Origin: Octopus bimaculoides | Lineage: Eukaryota | Assembly: GCF_001194135.2 (NCBI RefSeq) | Contig: NC_068981.1 | Coordinates: forward strand, 89,226,099-89,290,098 | Length of the DNA: 64,000 nt | Direction of reading: 5' to 3' | Shown here: positions 51,765-64,000 of the stretch, piece by piece | Layout of the letters: each line of letters starts with the position of its first letter | Numbering within the stretch: position 1 is the stretch's first letter | Position numbers and translations under genes: made by a program | Notes under the pieces: model-generated | The model's database searches: none | Told to the model about the DNA's origin: nothing | Seen by the model: only the letters and a program-made list of their open reading frames with translations

Positions 51765-52030
51765 GTGAGGGCGCATGGGCTGGTGGTTACGATGTTACAC
51801 TCCAGATCGCGAAATCGTGGTTTCAGTTCGTCAACTGGGTGGTGCATTGTGTTCTGAAGTAAAACATTTCAGATTATGTTGCTCTGCATTCACTTCGACA
51901 CCTTAGGCGTGATACCCCGTGTATCTGTTCCGACAACGTCTATTTTACAAAAGGAGTGAGCTAATGTACAGCACGAACATATGATCACTATAAACAAGCC
52001 ATTTATGCCGGTTTGTTCGGCAAGATGTCT
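51765..52030 (+). mobile_element. tRNA-derived SINE
   Basis: tRNA-like head. The body (cttcgacacct, gacaacgtc, gtgagctaatgt) is shared with 63626-63880. Confidence 0.8.
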
Positions 52031-52349
52031 TTTTTTGATTACGAGAGACTTCCATCATGCATGCATGCATGCATGAATGTACGCATGTATGCATGTATGT
52101 ATGTATGTATGTATGTATGTAGTTATGTATGTATGCATGTATGTATGTTATCATTCAGTTTTATTTCAAGATTTCTTCCCAATAGAAGAAGAGCTAGTTT
52201 CTAACCTTGATTTAAAGCTCTTTCATTAGAATTTCAACAAAAAGAGGGTATTTTTGTACGTATGTATGTATGTATTTATGCGTGAAAATGTGTATGTTTT
52301 TTATGTATGTATTATCATGCATATAATTGCATATCTAATCATATTCATA

Positions 52350-52930
52350 TATACTTAGTTGATAAAGTTCTGCAAAGTTTTACCGATTTTTACAGTTCCA
52401 GTGATGGTTTGGATCTGTAGTCTTCGAATTACCTTTCCCTTTCTGGTTTGGACAACCCTAATTTCTCAAGATTGGTATTTAGGCAGCGTGTTACATATCC
52501 CAGTGCTTCAATAGTTACAGATATAAGCCTGAACTTGTAATCTGGATAGAGTAACTGTCGTTTCCTCAATAGTTCAGCATAGGAATTTTTTCCACTGATC
52601 TTTGTTGACATCCGCTAGGCAGATGATCTCCACAATTGTACACAGTTTATCATCTCTATTCCAAATTATTATGTCAAGTCTTTTATGTTTACATTTTATT
52701 GAAGATTTTACTGAGACATTCCACCAGTACTCCTTTTTAATATGAGTGGCTATGGCTTCTATCATACTGTAGGTTCTTATTTCTTTGGTCTTCTGGCGGA
52801 TTTCATTAAACAGTGTCCTAACTACAAAATCATATCTCATCGGTAGATAACACCACAGCTAATGATGTGGATGATATCTTCGGTGTTAACTCCACAGTCT
52901 GCATCGGTTATTTCCTGCGTCTCTGTCCCT
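52350..52930 (-). mobile_element. R4/Dong-clade LINE 3' fragment (RLE domain)
   Basis: EYWWNVSVKSSIKCKHKRLDIIIW...CTIVEI and ISVTIEALGYV; nucleotide similarity to 34600-34720. Confidence 0.85.
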
Positions 52931-54199
52931 TTTGTGCATCAGGTATTAAATTGTTATTTGTATGTATGTATGTATTATGTATTATGTATGTATGTATGTA
53001 TGTATGTATGTATTATGTATGTATGTATGTATGTATGTATGTATGCATGCATGCATGTGTGTGTATGTATGTACGTGTGTATGTATGCATGTACGTATGT
53101 ATGCAAGCACGCATTCATATGTGTATACTTGTCTATATAAAATATTGATTGGATTATATATATTGAAATCATTGTGACGAACAAAGAGCTTCGGAGTTAA
53201 GGGAAAACAGTGTCCGACTAGTTTTACATCTATAAATACGCTACAAGTTCCAGTACTCCTTAATTCACTTCTGAATTATTTGATAATTCTGAAGTGGAAG
53301 ATGTACTTTAAAACATTATCGTGTATAGTTCTTCTGGTGATTTCATATCTTATATAAGTAGTATATATATCTACGATTATGATCATGCTGTGCTTCTACT
53401 TTTGCTATTAACATTTCTAGAATAATTCTTCTATATGTTATGCAAGAACGCCAACTCAATGTAACTAAAGTGTTTTCATTTCATTCCTGGTATCTGCTAT
53501 AATTTACACGGAAGAATTTTCTACTAATTACTTCTTGATGTTATTAGGCTTCTTTGAAATGATCGAAACTATTATCACAGAATCAGTCACCGAGAATAAA
53601 ACAATGAGAACCAATTCTATAGAGAATAAGTTGAGATAAAGGTAATTATTATGATCCGCTATATAAAAAGATTATGCATCTCAAAATGGAATGTGTATGG
53701 CAAAAATAAAGGTAATTATATGTAGAAAAAATGTTATGCCACACGAAACAATGAGTACAAGTTCACAAAATGCAACATAGATGAACTTGATAGAATTCAG
53801 GTAATAAAATGTGAAATTGTGAACGTCCAAGTAATGCACAATGAAATATAAAATAATATACGGAAAGAAAAATTCAAGGTAAATAAACTTCTTTAACAAA
53901 GCATTCCGATGTTATGTTTACTAGTCTGTGTGTTTCTGTGAAAACTCTACTCCAACGTGGATTTGTCAGACAATGAAAGCAGTCTCTGCTCATGTTTAAA
54001 CATCGTCTTTTTGTTTTTATAATAAAGGTTGGTCAAAGAATTTGTATTATCGCAATTTAGAATGGATCTAAAATTAAGAGTGCAAGAAGAAACTCGTGTG
54101 AGGTAAAAAATAACATTATAAATAGTCACATTGCATACAAAATAAATTTAGCCTCTGTAGACAATTTTTTGTTCAATTTGTGAGCGAAAGGTAAATCCA

Positions 54200-54900
54200 A
54201 ATCATTATAGGCATAAAACTAAATAGGCTTTTGAACCATTATTGGGGCTAAGTTTTCGTGGACAAATGCGTCACCATGCACTTTAGGAGGAAAATCCCAG
54301 CCTTTACATACTCACTCAGCAACACCAATCTAAAGAATCTTCTAGTGAACGTGATCTGCGTATTATTGTAAACAGCAATCTGCATTGGACAAATAATATC
54401 TCTAAGATTGTCAAGAAGGCTGAGGGTGTCCTAGCATCACTTTGTCAGCCGCTCTCCAGCTATCTATTTAAAACTGTATACGACAAAGCATCACCAGTCT
54501 GGAATTCCAATCTTGCTCTGCATATAAATACCCTGGACACTTTTGAGAAACGTGCAACAGAACGAGTATACACCACGTTCAGGTATCTACCATACTCTAA
54601 ACGCCTTGCTTCTCTGGGCGTGGACACATTGAAGATCAGACACAAGATTACCCACCGTCTTTCCAAAAACATTGGGCCCCATTTTGAATTCCACATGACA
54701 AACACTGGTGTACATGCTTACAAAATTAAAAAAAAAACAAAAAAAACACAGTACCCATGATTTCCGGAAACATATTTTCACGCTCAGAATTGTTGAAGCA
54801 TGGAATAAACTACCCTCATCAGTCTTTAGCCGCCAAGACAATGCATCCTTCAAAGCTTCTATGCTTCCATGCTTCCTGACATCCGCCAACAGTACAAATG
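54200..54900 (+). mobile_element. CR1/L2-type LINE RT C-terminal fragment
   Basis: ERDLRIIVNSNLHWTNNISKIVKKA and RKHIFTLRIVEAWNKLPSSV. Confidence 0.85.
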
Positions 54901-55573
54901 ATGTCTCTTTTTTCCCCTCGTTTAATAATTACAAATATTAGAGAGCAGCAATACTGAGACACCGTCTTAAATTATATCTATAAATTTTACCGACTTCAGC
55001 GTTAATTTGATCGATCTCTTCTGGAGAGTGGTTTATCTACAGGACATCACGGAATAACATAAGCAATAAAATATGTTGAAAAAATGAACATAAATACACT
55101 CAGAATCACAACCGCATATATATCAAGAACACACTCACAAAATCAGACATGTACTCATTCACACACTCAAACACACACTCACACATACACACGCATACAC
55201 ACACACATATGTACACAATGTATACACTACACTTATATATACAAACATAATTTATGCCCTACATTTATTATATATGTGGTCACAATCTATACACTACATC
55301 TATTATATATATAGTACCATTAATTATAATCATGTCCATATAATTATACATCTATATTAATTCTTACCAATATGGTTTATATTACATGCAGGCCAATGAC
55401 AAGTTCGTTATTTGTATAATGATTCTATCCTTAATTGTATACACGTACACACACACGCACGCACACACAGACACACGCACGCACACACACACATACACAC
55501 ACACACACGCCATGCTTGATCGCTAAATCTACAAGTCTTTTTTATTCTCTCCCTGTTTATTTTCTCTTATTCG

Positions 55574-55607
55574 TTTCTGTTGAAGAGCGTAGGCTCGAAA
55601 CATAAAA
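55574..55607 (+). ncRNA. Hammerhead-like motif with variant core (CUGUUGA), same family as 961-996
   Basis: TTT-CTGTTGA-A-GAGC[GTAG]GCTC-GAAA-CAT-A-AAA; ACGT has become ACAT, consistent with CpG decay. Confidence 0.5.
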
Positions 55608-56768
55608 GACGTTTTCATTTTCCCGAGCGTCAAACTAATAAACCAGCTTGTTGTTCATACACTTGTATTCGTCATTTATTTTTCTATAATTTTCATCTCN
55701 NNNNNNNNNNNNNNNNNNNNNNNNNNNNNNNNNNNNNNNNNNNNNNNNNNNNNNNNNNNNNNNNNNNNNNNNNNNNNNNNNNNNNNNNNNNNNNNNNNNN
55801 NNNNNNNNNNNNNNNNNNNNNNNNNNNNNNNNNNNNNNNNNNNNNNNNNNNNNNNNNNNNNNNNNNNNNNNNNNNNNNNNNNNNNNNNNNNNNNNNNNNN
55901 NNNNNNNNNNNNNNNNNNNNNNNNNNNNNNNNNNNNNNNNNNNNNNNNNNNNNNNNNNNNNNNNNNNNNNNNNNNNNNNNNNNNNNNNNNNNNNNNNNNN
56001 NNNNNNNNNNNNNNNNNNNNNNNNNNNNNNNNNNNNNNNNNNNNNNNNNNNNNNNNNNNNNNNNNNNNNNNNNNNNNNNNNNNNNNNNNNNNNNNNNNNN
56101 NNNNNNNNNNNNNNNNNNNNNNNNNNNNNNNNNNNNNNNNNNNNNNNNNNNNNNNNNNNNNNNNNNNNNNNNNNATATATATATATATATATATACATTA
56201 TGAGCCTAATTGTGTTTCCAAATGCCAGTGAACATAGAATTATACTCATTTGTAATTAAGTTAAAAACAAGACAAGTAACAAAGAACGACCCTTCAACAT
56301 TTGTTGGGTGTCCATCTACTCCGCATTTATGTACTTTTTGGTACATTCTACTGACGAAGGTAATGTAATTTTTATATTAGAAAATCAGAAATCATTCGAT
56401 CTAGATTTTTGCCAGATCTTTTTTTATTCATTTACCTCATTTTCGACAGGTGCAAATGTAGTGTAAAAGAACAATGCGCTTTTAGAGTCATATTTTACAC
56501 TCCATATGCACAGGTTGAAAGCGAGGTCTATTTCTATTGTGTAGATATTGTTTTTCAGTAATCTTGATTATAATCAGATCTATATAATTATATATCTATT
56601 TTAATTTTTAACTATATGGTTTTTATTACATTTTGTCTACTAATAATATCGTCATATTTATAATGATTTTATCCTTGATTATGTATACACGCACACACAC
56701 ACACACACACATACACACACGCACACACACACACACACACATATACATACATACATACATACATACAT

Positions 56769-56801
<33 letters not shown>

Positions 56802-57721
56802 NNNNNNNNNNNNNNNNNNNNNNNNNNNNNNNNNNNNNNNNNNNNNNNNNNNNNNNNNNNNNNNNNNNNNNNNNNNNNNNNNNNNNNNNNNNNNNNNNNN
56901 NNNNNNNNNNNNNNNNNNNNNNNNNNNNNNNNNNNNNNNNNNNNNNNNNNNNNNNNNNNNNNNNNNNNNNNNNNNNNNNNNNNNNNNNNNNNNNNNNNNN
57001 NNNNNNNNNNNNNNNNNNNNNNNNNNNNNNNNNNNNNNNNNNNNNNNNNNNNNNNNNNNNNNNNNNNNNNNNNNNNNNNNNNNNNNNNNNNNNNNNNNNN
57101 NNNNNNNNNNNNNNNNNNNNNNNNNNNNNNNNNNNNNNNNNNNNNNNNNNNNNNNNNNNNNNNNNNNNNNNNNNNNNNNNNNNNNNNNNNNNNNNNNNNN
57201 NNNNNNNNNNNNNNNNNNNNNNNNNNNNNNNNNNNNNNNNNNNNNNNNNNNNNATAAATTGCGAGCTGTAGTACTTTTCCTTTGTTAGATTTTGCGCAGT
57301 TGCTTTAAGATGTCAGAGAAAATCCTAAAGAAAATGTTACAGTTATCTGGAGAATAATCTCATGATATAACTTTCATTTATATATATTTATACATACGTA
57401 CACACACACGCACACACACGCACACACACACACACACACACACGCACACACACACGCACACACACACGCACACACATACATCGTTTTTCCCGGCTGATAG
57501 TTACACTGATGCAAATTCATAGAAAGATTGAAAATTCAGTCAATAAGTCAATATACTTAAACCAACAGCAGTCATTCACATGCACGCACATATACACGCA
57601 CCATCATAAACACATACAAAGGTACAATGCACTCACTCAGACATGAAACATATAATGCACACATATACATATATATGTGTATGTATGTATGCATGTATGT
57701 ATGCCTGTATATATGTATATG

Positions 57722-57761
<40 letters not shown>

Positions 57762-58299
57762 NNNNNNNNNNNNNNNNNNNNNNNNNNNNNNNNNNNNNNN
57801 NNNNNNNNNNNNNNNNNNNNNNNNNNNNNNNNNNNNNNNNNNNNNNNNNNNNNNNNNNNNNNNNNNNNNNNNNNNNNNNNNNNNNNNNNNNNNNNNNNNN
57901 NNNNNNNNNNNNNNNNNNNNNNNNNNNNNNNNNNNNNNNNNNNNNNNNNNNNNNNNNNNNNNNNNNNNNNNNNNNNNNNNNNNNNNNNNNNNNNNNNNNN
58001 NNNNNNNNNNNNNNNNNNNNNNNNNNNNNNNNNNNNNNNNNNNNNNNNNNNNNNNNNNNNNNNNNNNNNNNNNNNNNNNNNNNNNNNNNNNNNNNNNNNN
58101 NNNNNNNNNNNNNNNNNNNNNNNNNNNNNNNNNNNNNNNNNNNNNNNNNNNNNNNNNNNNNNNNNNNNNNNNNNNNNNNNNNNNNNNNNNNNNNNNNNNN
58201 NNNNNNNNNNNNNNNNNNNNNNNNNNNNNNNNNNNNNNNNNNNNNNNNNNNNNNNNNNNNNNNNNNNNNNNNNNNNNNNNNNNNNNNNNNNNNNGTATG

Positions 58300-58330
<31 letters not shown>

Positions 58331-59490
58331 GTATGTATGTATACAGAATTACAGGAAATAATATCACCGTAAGGGATTGTTAAAAACAAGCCATATGCCA
58401 ACTGGGTTTAACCAAGTGTATTGATAGAAAATTCCTCAACGTATATGTATAAACAGTATCATAAAATTAAAAAGTCAATAAAAGAAAATGGAGAAGAAAA
58501 AATTTAAAAAATGCTTTGTTCATTTTATTTGGATTACAACTGGAAAAATAACGCAAATTGAAAGATTACAAGATTAAAAGATATACCTATAAGAAAAAGT
58601 ATAACGGAACCGTATCAACAAAACATCCCTAAAATCGCCGAAAAGAAATTCTACATACGTTTCAATATAACTGCTTTATAATCATCAATAATTGCCACTT
58701 TTACATATGTTATAAGCGATATATTGTTAGATATCCTCAGGAAAGATAAGTATATTTTAGTCTTGAGTTACGAAATGACTTATTTGAGGACTATGTTTAG
58801 AATTTTGAAATGTAAACAAACTATTTAATAGGACGCAGAGTTCATGTGATTAGAAATTTTGCGTTTAAAATTTAGCTAATATTCGACGTTGAAATGCTGT
58901 AAAACATGAAATTTATTTGACAAATTCACCTAGCATTATAACTAGATTTAAATTTAAATATATTTATAAAAGTTTATGTGAAGGGGATGGCAGAAAGGCG
59001 GATGTAACTTATCATGAGGGGTGTAATATACAAAGAACTATATTGGGAAATGTAAATAAAGATTGGATGAATAACATTGGTGCTATTTAGGATTAAATTA
59101 ATTATGATATAATTTCCGGTGTTCTAAGAAAAAATAATTTGTATTTAAAATATAATGTATATAAAAAAAACATATACTGTAGTCAGTTACAAAATGCTAG
59201 AGAAAGATAATAAAAAACACCCGGTGTTACAGGAAGACGGAGACAAATATAACATAAGATGATAATGTTTTCTAGAAGTCGTACAGTGAAAAATATAACA
59301 TTGGTGTCATATAGGAGTAAATTGGCTATGATGTAATTTCGCTGTTTTTTAAAAAAATATTTGGTACTTAAAAATATTGGTTATATAAAATAACTACATT
59401 GAGCTCACGAAATGCTAGAGAAATTAAAAACCGGTGTGACAGGAGAAATCCTCTAGGTCAAATTTTGTGTAACTAGTGATCTCCCTATAG

Positions 59491-59523
<33 letters not shown>

Positions 59524-59869
59524 NNNNNNNNNNNNNNNNNNNNNNNNNNNNNNNNNNNNNNNNNNNNNNNNNNNNNNNNNNNNNNNNNNNNNNNNNNNNN
59601 NNNNNNNNNNNNNNATATATAATGCAAGAGAGTTAGGGGTTGAGGATTCAACCCACTAAGGGATAGTATCTATCCAATATACTGCTGGGAAGGTACCCAA
59701 TTATTGTTACACTAGTGTTGTACCAAGTGTAATAAGTGGGTGCGGGTAAAAGGGGGTGTTGTTTTACCCTAAATTTATATAGCAATAAGAAAATGTAGGA
59801 TAATATGCTGTACCCAACGACTTGCAGACAGTGTATCCCGTTGAATTAATTAACTTAATTTCTAACTAA

Positions 59870-60360
59870 AGTGACAAAAAATCACAAAGTACAAGTCTTT
59901 ATGACAAACCATGTTATATTCACAACCGAGTTTACAAATAAAAGTACATAAAGAATTTGAGAATAAACATAAACTTAAACTTACAGCTGTTTCGGCCTAG
60001 CGTTGGCATGCCCCATTCTATCCGAATAGCTCCTGCTGGAGTAATTAGCGGATGAAATGCTGAAATGGGGGTACATGCACGATTCGCTAGGCCTCTTCAG
60101 AGATTCACAAAAAATTCCATACAAATATACAGTAAGAGATAAAAACAAAAATGAAATAGAAATAAAAATAAAAATAAAAATATAAATAAAAATCAGGGTA
60201 CAGCAAGAATAAAAGAAAAGATAAATAATTGAAAAATGAAAATATAACATATAAAAATATAAAAATATAAGGCACATAAAAAGCCTACAAACAGTACATG
60301 AAGGCATACAGATAGTTATAGACACTCCAATATATAAGTCCGTATGCATAACCATACTTA
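59870..60360 (-). mobile_element. PLE-type tail element carrying the long-stem hammerhead
   Basis: A T-rich leader followed by the HHR, sharing GAAACAGCTGTAAG with the PLE-linked HHR at 32403-32451. Confidence 0.5.
59977..60105 (-). ncRNA. Type-I hammerhead ribozyme motif with 100-nt extended stem II
   Basis: AATCT-CTGAAGA-GGCCTAGCG...CGCTAGGCC-GAAA-CAGCTGT-A-AGTTT. Further helices GCATG/CATGC, CCCCATT/AATGGGG, ATCCG/CGGAT and CTCC/GGAG are nested in order. Confidence 0.78.
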
Positions 60361-61217
60361 GATGTTCAATGATTCAAGATCATATATATATGTGAGTACA
60401 CATGTGTGTATATGTCCATCTATCCCCTCACACATACGTATACATATACAAATGTGTATACACAGGCATTCTCCTACGTACATGGTCCCTGTTACCAACG
60501 CTATCTACTGTCTTTCGAAGGCTGTTTGTTTTTTTTGTTTTTAAACTTGCTGAGTGTGTGCGTGTCAGTTCTGTATATTTTGGATGGGTTTATGTGGAAG
60601 TTCATTTCATAGGAATTATTAATAGTCTAGTAGCAATAACAGTGATAATGATGACGATGATGATAACAACAACAACAACAACAACAACAATAATAATAAT
60701 ATGCCAACTTTCTAACTTTGCGGTGAGTTGCCTCGTTATTTTTCTGCGTAGGATATCCTGTTACTTCTTCCAGCGGGTAATAGGTTCTGCTGCTATTTGG
60801 GGAGGGTTAATTGCTACAGTTAATTCCTCCCATCTAATTGGACAACTATTGTTTAAAACTATCTAGGCTTAGCTACGGTTGGATAGACACCAACCGGTCG
60901 AGAGGCTAGGACGCGCATGTATACGTACATCCACCCACACACACACACACCCACACATGCGTGCTATGTATATCTCTCCATATCCATATACACGCGTACA
61001 TATATGTATATACACATATACGTACACGAGCATGCATCCTTCATTCTACTATACACTTATATAGATGGGGTGTATATATCAATACAAGGGTTATAGGAGT
61101 TAATGAATAGACTTTTAAGAAGTCTATATGCAGATGAAAATAATAATAATAAATAATTATCCTTATGTATATATACATGCTAAGAAGCATTCTATTTATA
61201 GTAGATACACTCAACTA

Positions 61218-61279
61218 GTGAACCATTCTGGTGGTTATTGGAAACTTAGTGGTTACAAATAACCACCAGAATGGTTCAC
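61218..61279. repeat. Perfect 22-bp hairpin with 18-nt loop
   Basis: GTGAACCATTCTGGTGGTTATT-(18 nt)-AATAACCACCAGAATGGTTCAC. Confidence 0.9.
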
Positions 61280-62195
61280 CGTCCTTTGCTCTAGACCATC
61301 TGATTCTTGAGGTGCCAAATTGGCGTTCCATTCGGAAGACCGTTGAAATGCAAATTGACATTTTGAATGTAAAGAACGTGTTTGATAAGCAGAACTGTAT
61401 GAGGAAACTGAGATTTGTAGGCCGAAACAGTGTTGCAAGTCTGACGCTACTGTTCAGTTATGTTGTTGTTCAATTATTCATTCGTTTTTTTTTCCCTTCT
61501 GTTTGTTTTTTAATAATTTAATTGTTGTATTGACATCCCATATACATATCTCGTCCTACTATCTGCACATGAACCCGTAGCGGAAAGAGCACCATCACTT
61601 TACACATACACAAACACACACACCCACAACACACACAACATACACATACATACATATAGCAATCCATACACACATGCGTATATACATACATACATACATA
61701 CATATATGAGTACGTATGTCAGTATATATGCGCCATGCCTATATATGCGGTCAAATATAAGGAAATTATTAGTATTTTGTAATTGCAAAAGTATTAATTA
61801 TTTAGTTAGTAAGGTTTATTTGCAATCAATCACATTAATTAACTAATTTATAATCAAAATGTGTAAGAATGTAGTTACATATTAATGATATTGATTTATT
61901 TTAGGTTATTAATCTGAAATTTTAGAGGTGAACAATTCTGACATTACGTGTTACACAAGCACGATTTTACATTAGTATTTATATAACTATAGATTGTCTT
62001 CGTTAATTAGAGAAGTTTAGTTTGGATTAAAACTGATTTGCTTAATGAATAAACTTTATCGGTGACAAAATCTTAGAACCTATTTACATTTCACTCACAT
62101 TTATAGACACCTTAAAAAATTGTTGATTATATGTTATTCAGATGTAAACTCGAGATCATGAAGTGCACTATTTAAATACATTTCGATCCAACTAT

Positions 62196-62380
62196 CTGTT
62201 GTGTCTAGGGAGAGTCATTCTCTTTTAGTGCCTTATAATTTAACACACTCACCGGTAAAATTTCCACTCATATACTTATTTATTTTTTCTAAAATTTTCA
62301 ACTATGAGTGGAAATTTTACCGGTAAATGTGTTAAATTATAAGACACTAAAAGAGAATGACTCTCTCCAGAGACAACAGA
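62196..62380. mobile_element. Foldback / MITE-like element
   Basis: 63-bp arms at 62210-62272 and 62303-62365 (60/63 identical), a 30-nt AT-rich spacer, and weaker outer pairing. Confidence 0.8.
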
Positions 62381-63047
62381 ATATGCTTCAACGCACAAAC
62401 TCATATAAAGAATCTTGCAAACCAAATCCCAAAACGACCCAAGTATCACTTAATTTGAATTTTCATAATCTTTTGCAATGGTGCAGAGACATGATTGTAT
62501 CTATGTTAATATGAGAAATTATTTAATAGACTGCGATACTATAGCTGTTATAAATAAACTGCGTTGTTTATTTCTACGCTATATTTGATATATTGAATAC
62601 ATTTCTCCATCTAATCATACGAAAACAAAATGCTAATTTGTGCGTTTATGTGTTGTAAACTGTAAATATAAAAGCTGGCATTGTATCAGGTAGAAGATGC
62701 CTATTACTCTTAACGCATGAAACGGCTTCATTTAACACAATTATTATAAATGGTAAATAAATGAATTCTGGGGTAAAGATTTTTGCCAACAAAATATAGC
62801 AGTCTTGGTTTAGGACGAATGTTGCTGTAATTTAGACCCAGGAGACATCGTCTCCCGCTGGCTTTACGACATGATCTGTGTCCTTATATTTTCGAACAAG
62901 GGAATCTAGCACCCTCACTCTGCTTATGTTATGTTGGCAAACAAACTCCAAAGTACTGTTGCTGAATATCTCTCGTTGTGAGATTTAAAAATAGTAATTT
63001 TCTATATGAATTCTAGTAGAAGATAGCGGATCTTTAATTTTACTTAA

Positions 63048-63150
63048 GGTGAATTTTACCATGGTGGAATATACCACGGTGGAATTTACTTATGGTGAAA
63101 TTTATCTGGTGGAATTTTCCGTGGTGGAATTTACCGCGGTGAATTTACCA
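63048..63150. repeat. Degenerate ~14-15-bp tandem repeat (GGTGGAATTTACC..)
   Basis: About seven units such as ggtgaattttacc, ggtggaatatacc and ggtggaattttcc. Confidence 0.85.
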
Positions 63151-63169
63151 GTCACCGTTATATATGTTT

Positions 63170-63533
63170 GTATGTCCAGATGTTTTATTGCGTAATTGAA
63201 TGTTTTTTTTATCATACCTAATGAACTTACTATGATAGGAATTGTTTCTGTTTTTAGGTTCCACATTTCAGTTACCTCTACTTCCAGATCTTTGTATCTT
63301 GAAAGTGCCTCCGTTTCTTTTAGAAAAAACATGATCATCTGTTTACAGATGCATCGATTAGAAAATGTTTTTCTTCTTCGTGATCTCTAACAACTATATT
63401 CAGCCTATTGGGTCTCAATTTCTCTATCGGTGTGTATTGGCATTTCCCAGAGAATGGTTGCTTTCTCATTTTCTGTGACTTTCTATGGCGTGTGCGTATA
63501 TCATCATTTTTCTGTTTTTATTCCATCATGTTG

Positions 63534-63535
<2 letters not shown>
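63170..63535 (-). mobile_element. 5'-truncated R4/Dong-clade LINE fragment
   Basis: VTENEKATILWEMPIHTDREI and KETEALSRYKDLEVEVTEMWNLKTETIPIIVSSLGMIKK; begins directly after (AAT)n at 63536-63617. Confidence 0.88.
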
Positions 63536-63616
<81 letters not shown>

Positions 63617-63625
63617 CATTATGAT

Positions 63626-63880
63626 AGTGACGATGGGCTAGTGCTTAGGGCGTTGCAGGCGAGATCTCGAGATCGTGGATTCAGTTCCTACACCGGGTGG
63701 TGCGTTGTGTTTATGAGCAAAACACTTCATCCCACGCTGCTCTGCGACCCCTTCGACACCTGACGCGTGGCACACCACACACCTATTCAGACAACGTCAT
63801 TTGCTGGAAGAAGTGAGCTAATGTGAGCTAACGTACAACACATACATTTGTGCAGGTCATTGGGCAAGGCCGAACGCTCA
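63626..63880 (+). mobile_element. tRNA-derived SINE
   Basis: Head GGGCTAGTGCTTAGGGCG...GGATTCAGTTCC; same family as 51765-52030. Confidence 0.8.
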
Positions 63881-63966
63881 TACGTCGTCTTCGCGCCTTC
63901 ATCATTCTAACATACACATATATTCACTCACAGTCTCTTCTCTATTGCATACAAACATACATACAC

Positions 63967-64000
<34 letters not shown>

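Noticed and set aside
56351-56385. CTGACGA-AGG-TAATGT...ATATTA-GAAA
   Set aside because: There are three unpaired bases after the core, an AT-only stem, and no helix III or stem I.
61395-61433. CTGTATGAGG...GGCCGAAACAGTGT
   Set aside because: It has an insertion in the core, a 2-bp stem II and a broken palindrome. It is a likely relic of the ACAGCUGU family but not a supportable ribozyme.

Overview
AT-rich, microsatellite-dense animal genomic DNA from a draft assembly. It has 15 N-gaps totalling about 5.0 kb, most flanked by microsatellite runs. The SINE families and repeat landscape look to me like a coleoid cephalopod, most likely Octopus; this is recollection, not a database result. Only one host protein-coding exon is supportable: the last exon of a classical aquaporin on the minus strand (12298-12507; VYWVGPMLGGIIGGFTYEY...QPRI*), with a clean phase-0 acceptor. 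I found no upstream aquaporin exon (no in-frame NPA motif) in the 51 kb to its 5' side, so most of the window is probably one very large intron, or exons sit in gaps. The rest is decayed mobile DNA: tRNA-derived SINEs, Tc1/mariner and pogo/Tigger remnants, R4/Dong-clade and CR1-type LINE pieces, Penelope-like element (PLE) pieces, and MITE/foldback elements. Nearly all ORFs in the supplied track are artefacts of microsatellites, N-runs or TE debris. The most striking signal is a set of eight minimal type-I hammerhead-ribozyme (HHR) motifs from about six sequence families. Most have a palindromic or near-palindromic helix III. They include a two-copy family with a non-canonical core (CUGUYGA) and one copy with a 100-nt extended stem II. 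There are also several long near-perfect palindromes and signs that R4/Dong elements target (AAT)n. All RNA structures were folded by eye and none has been tested.
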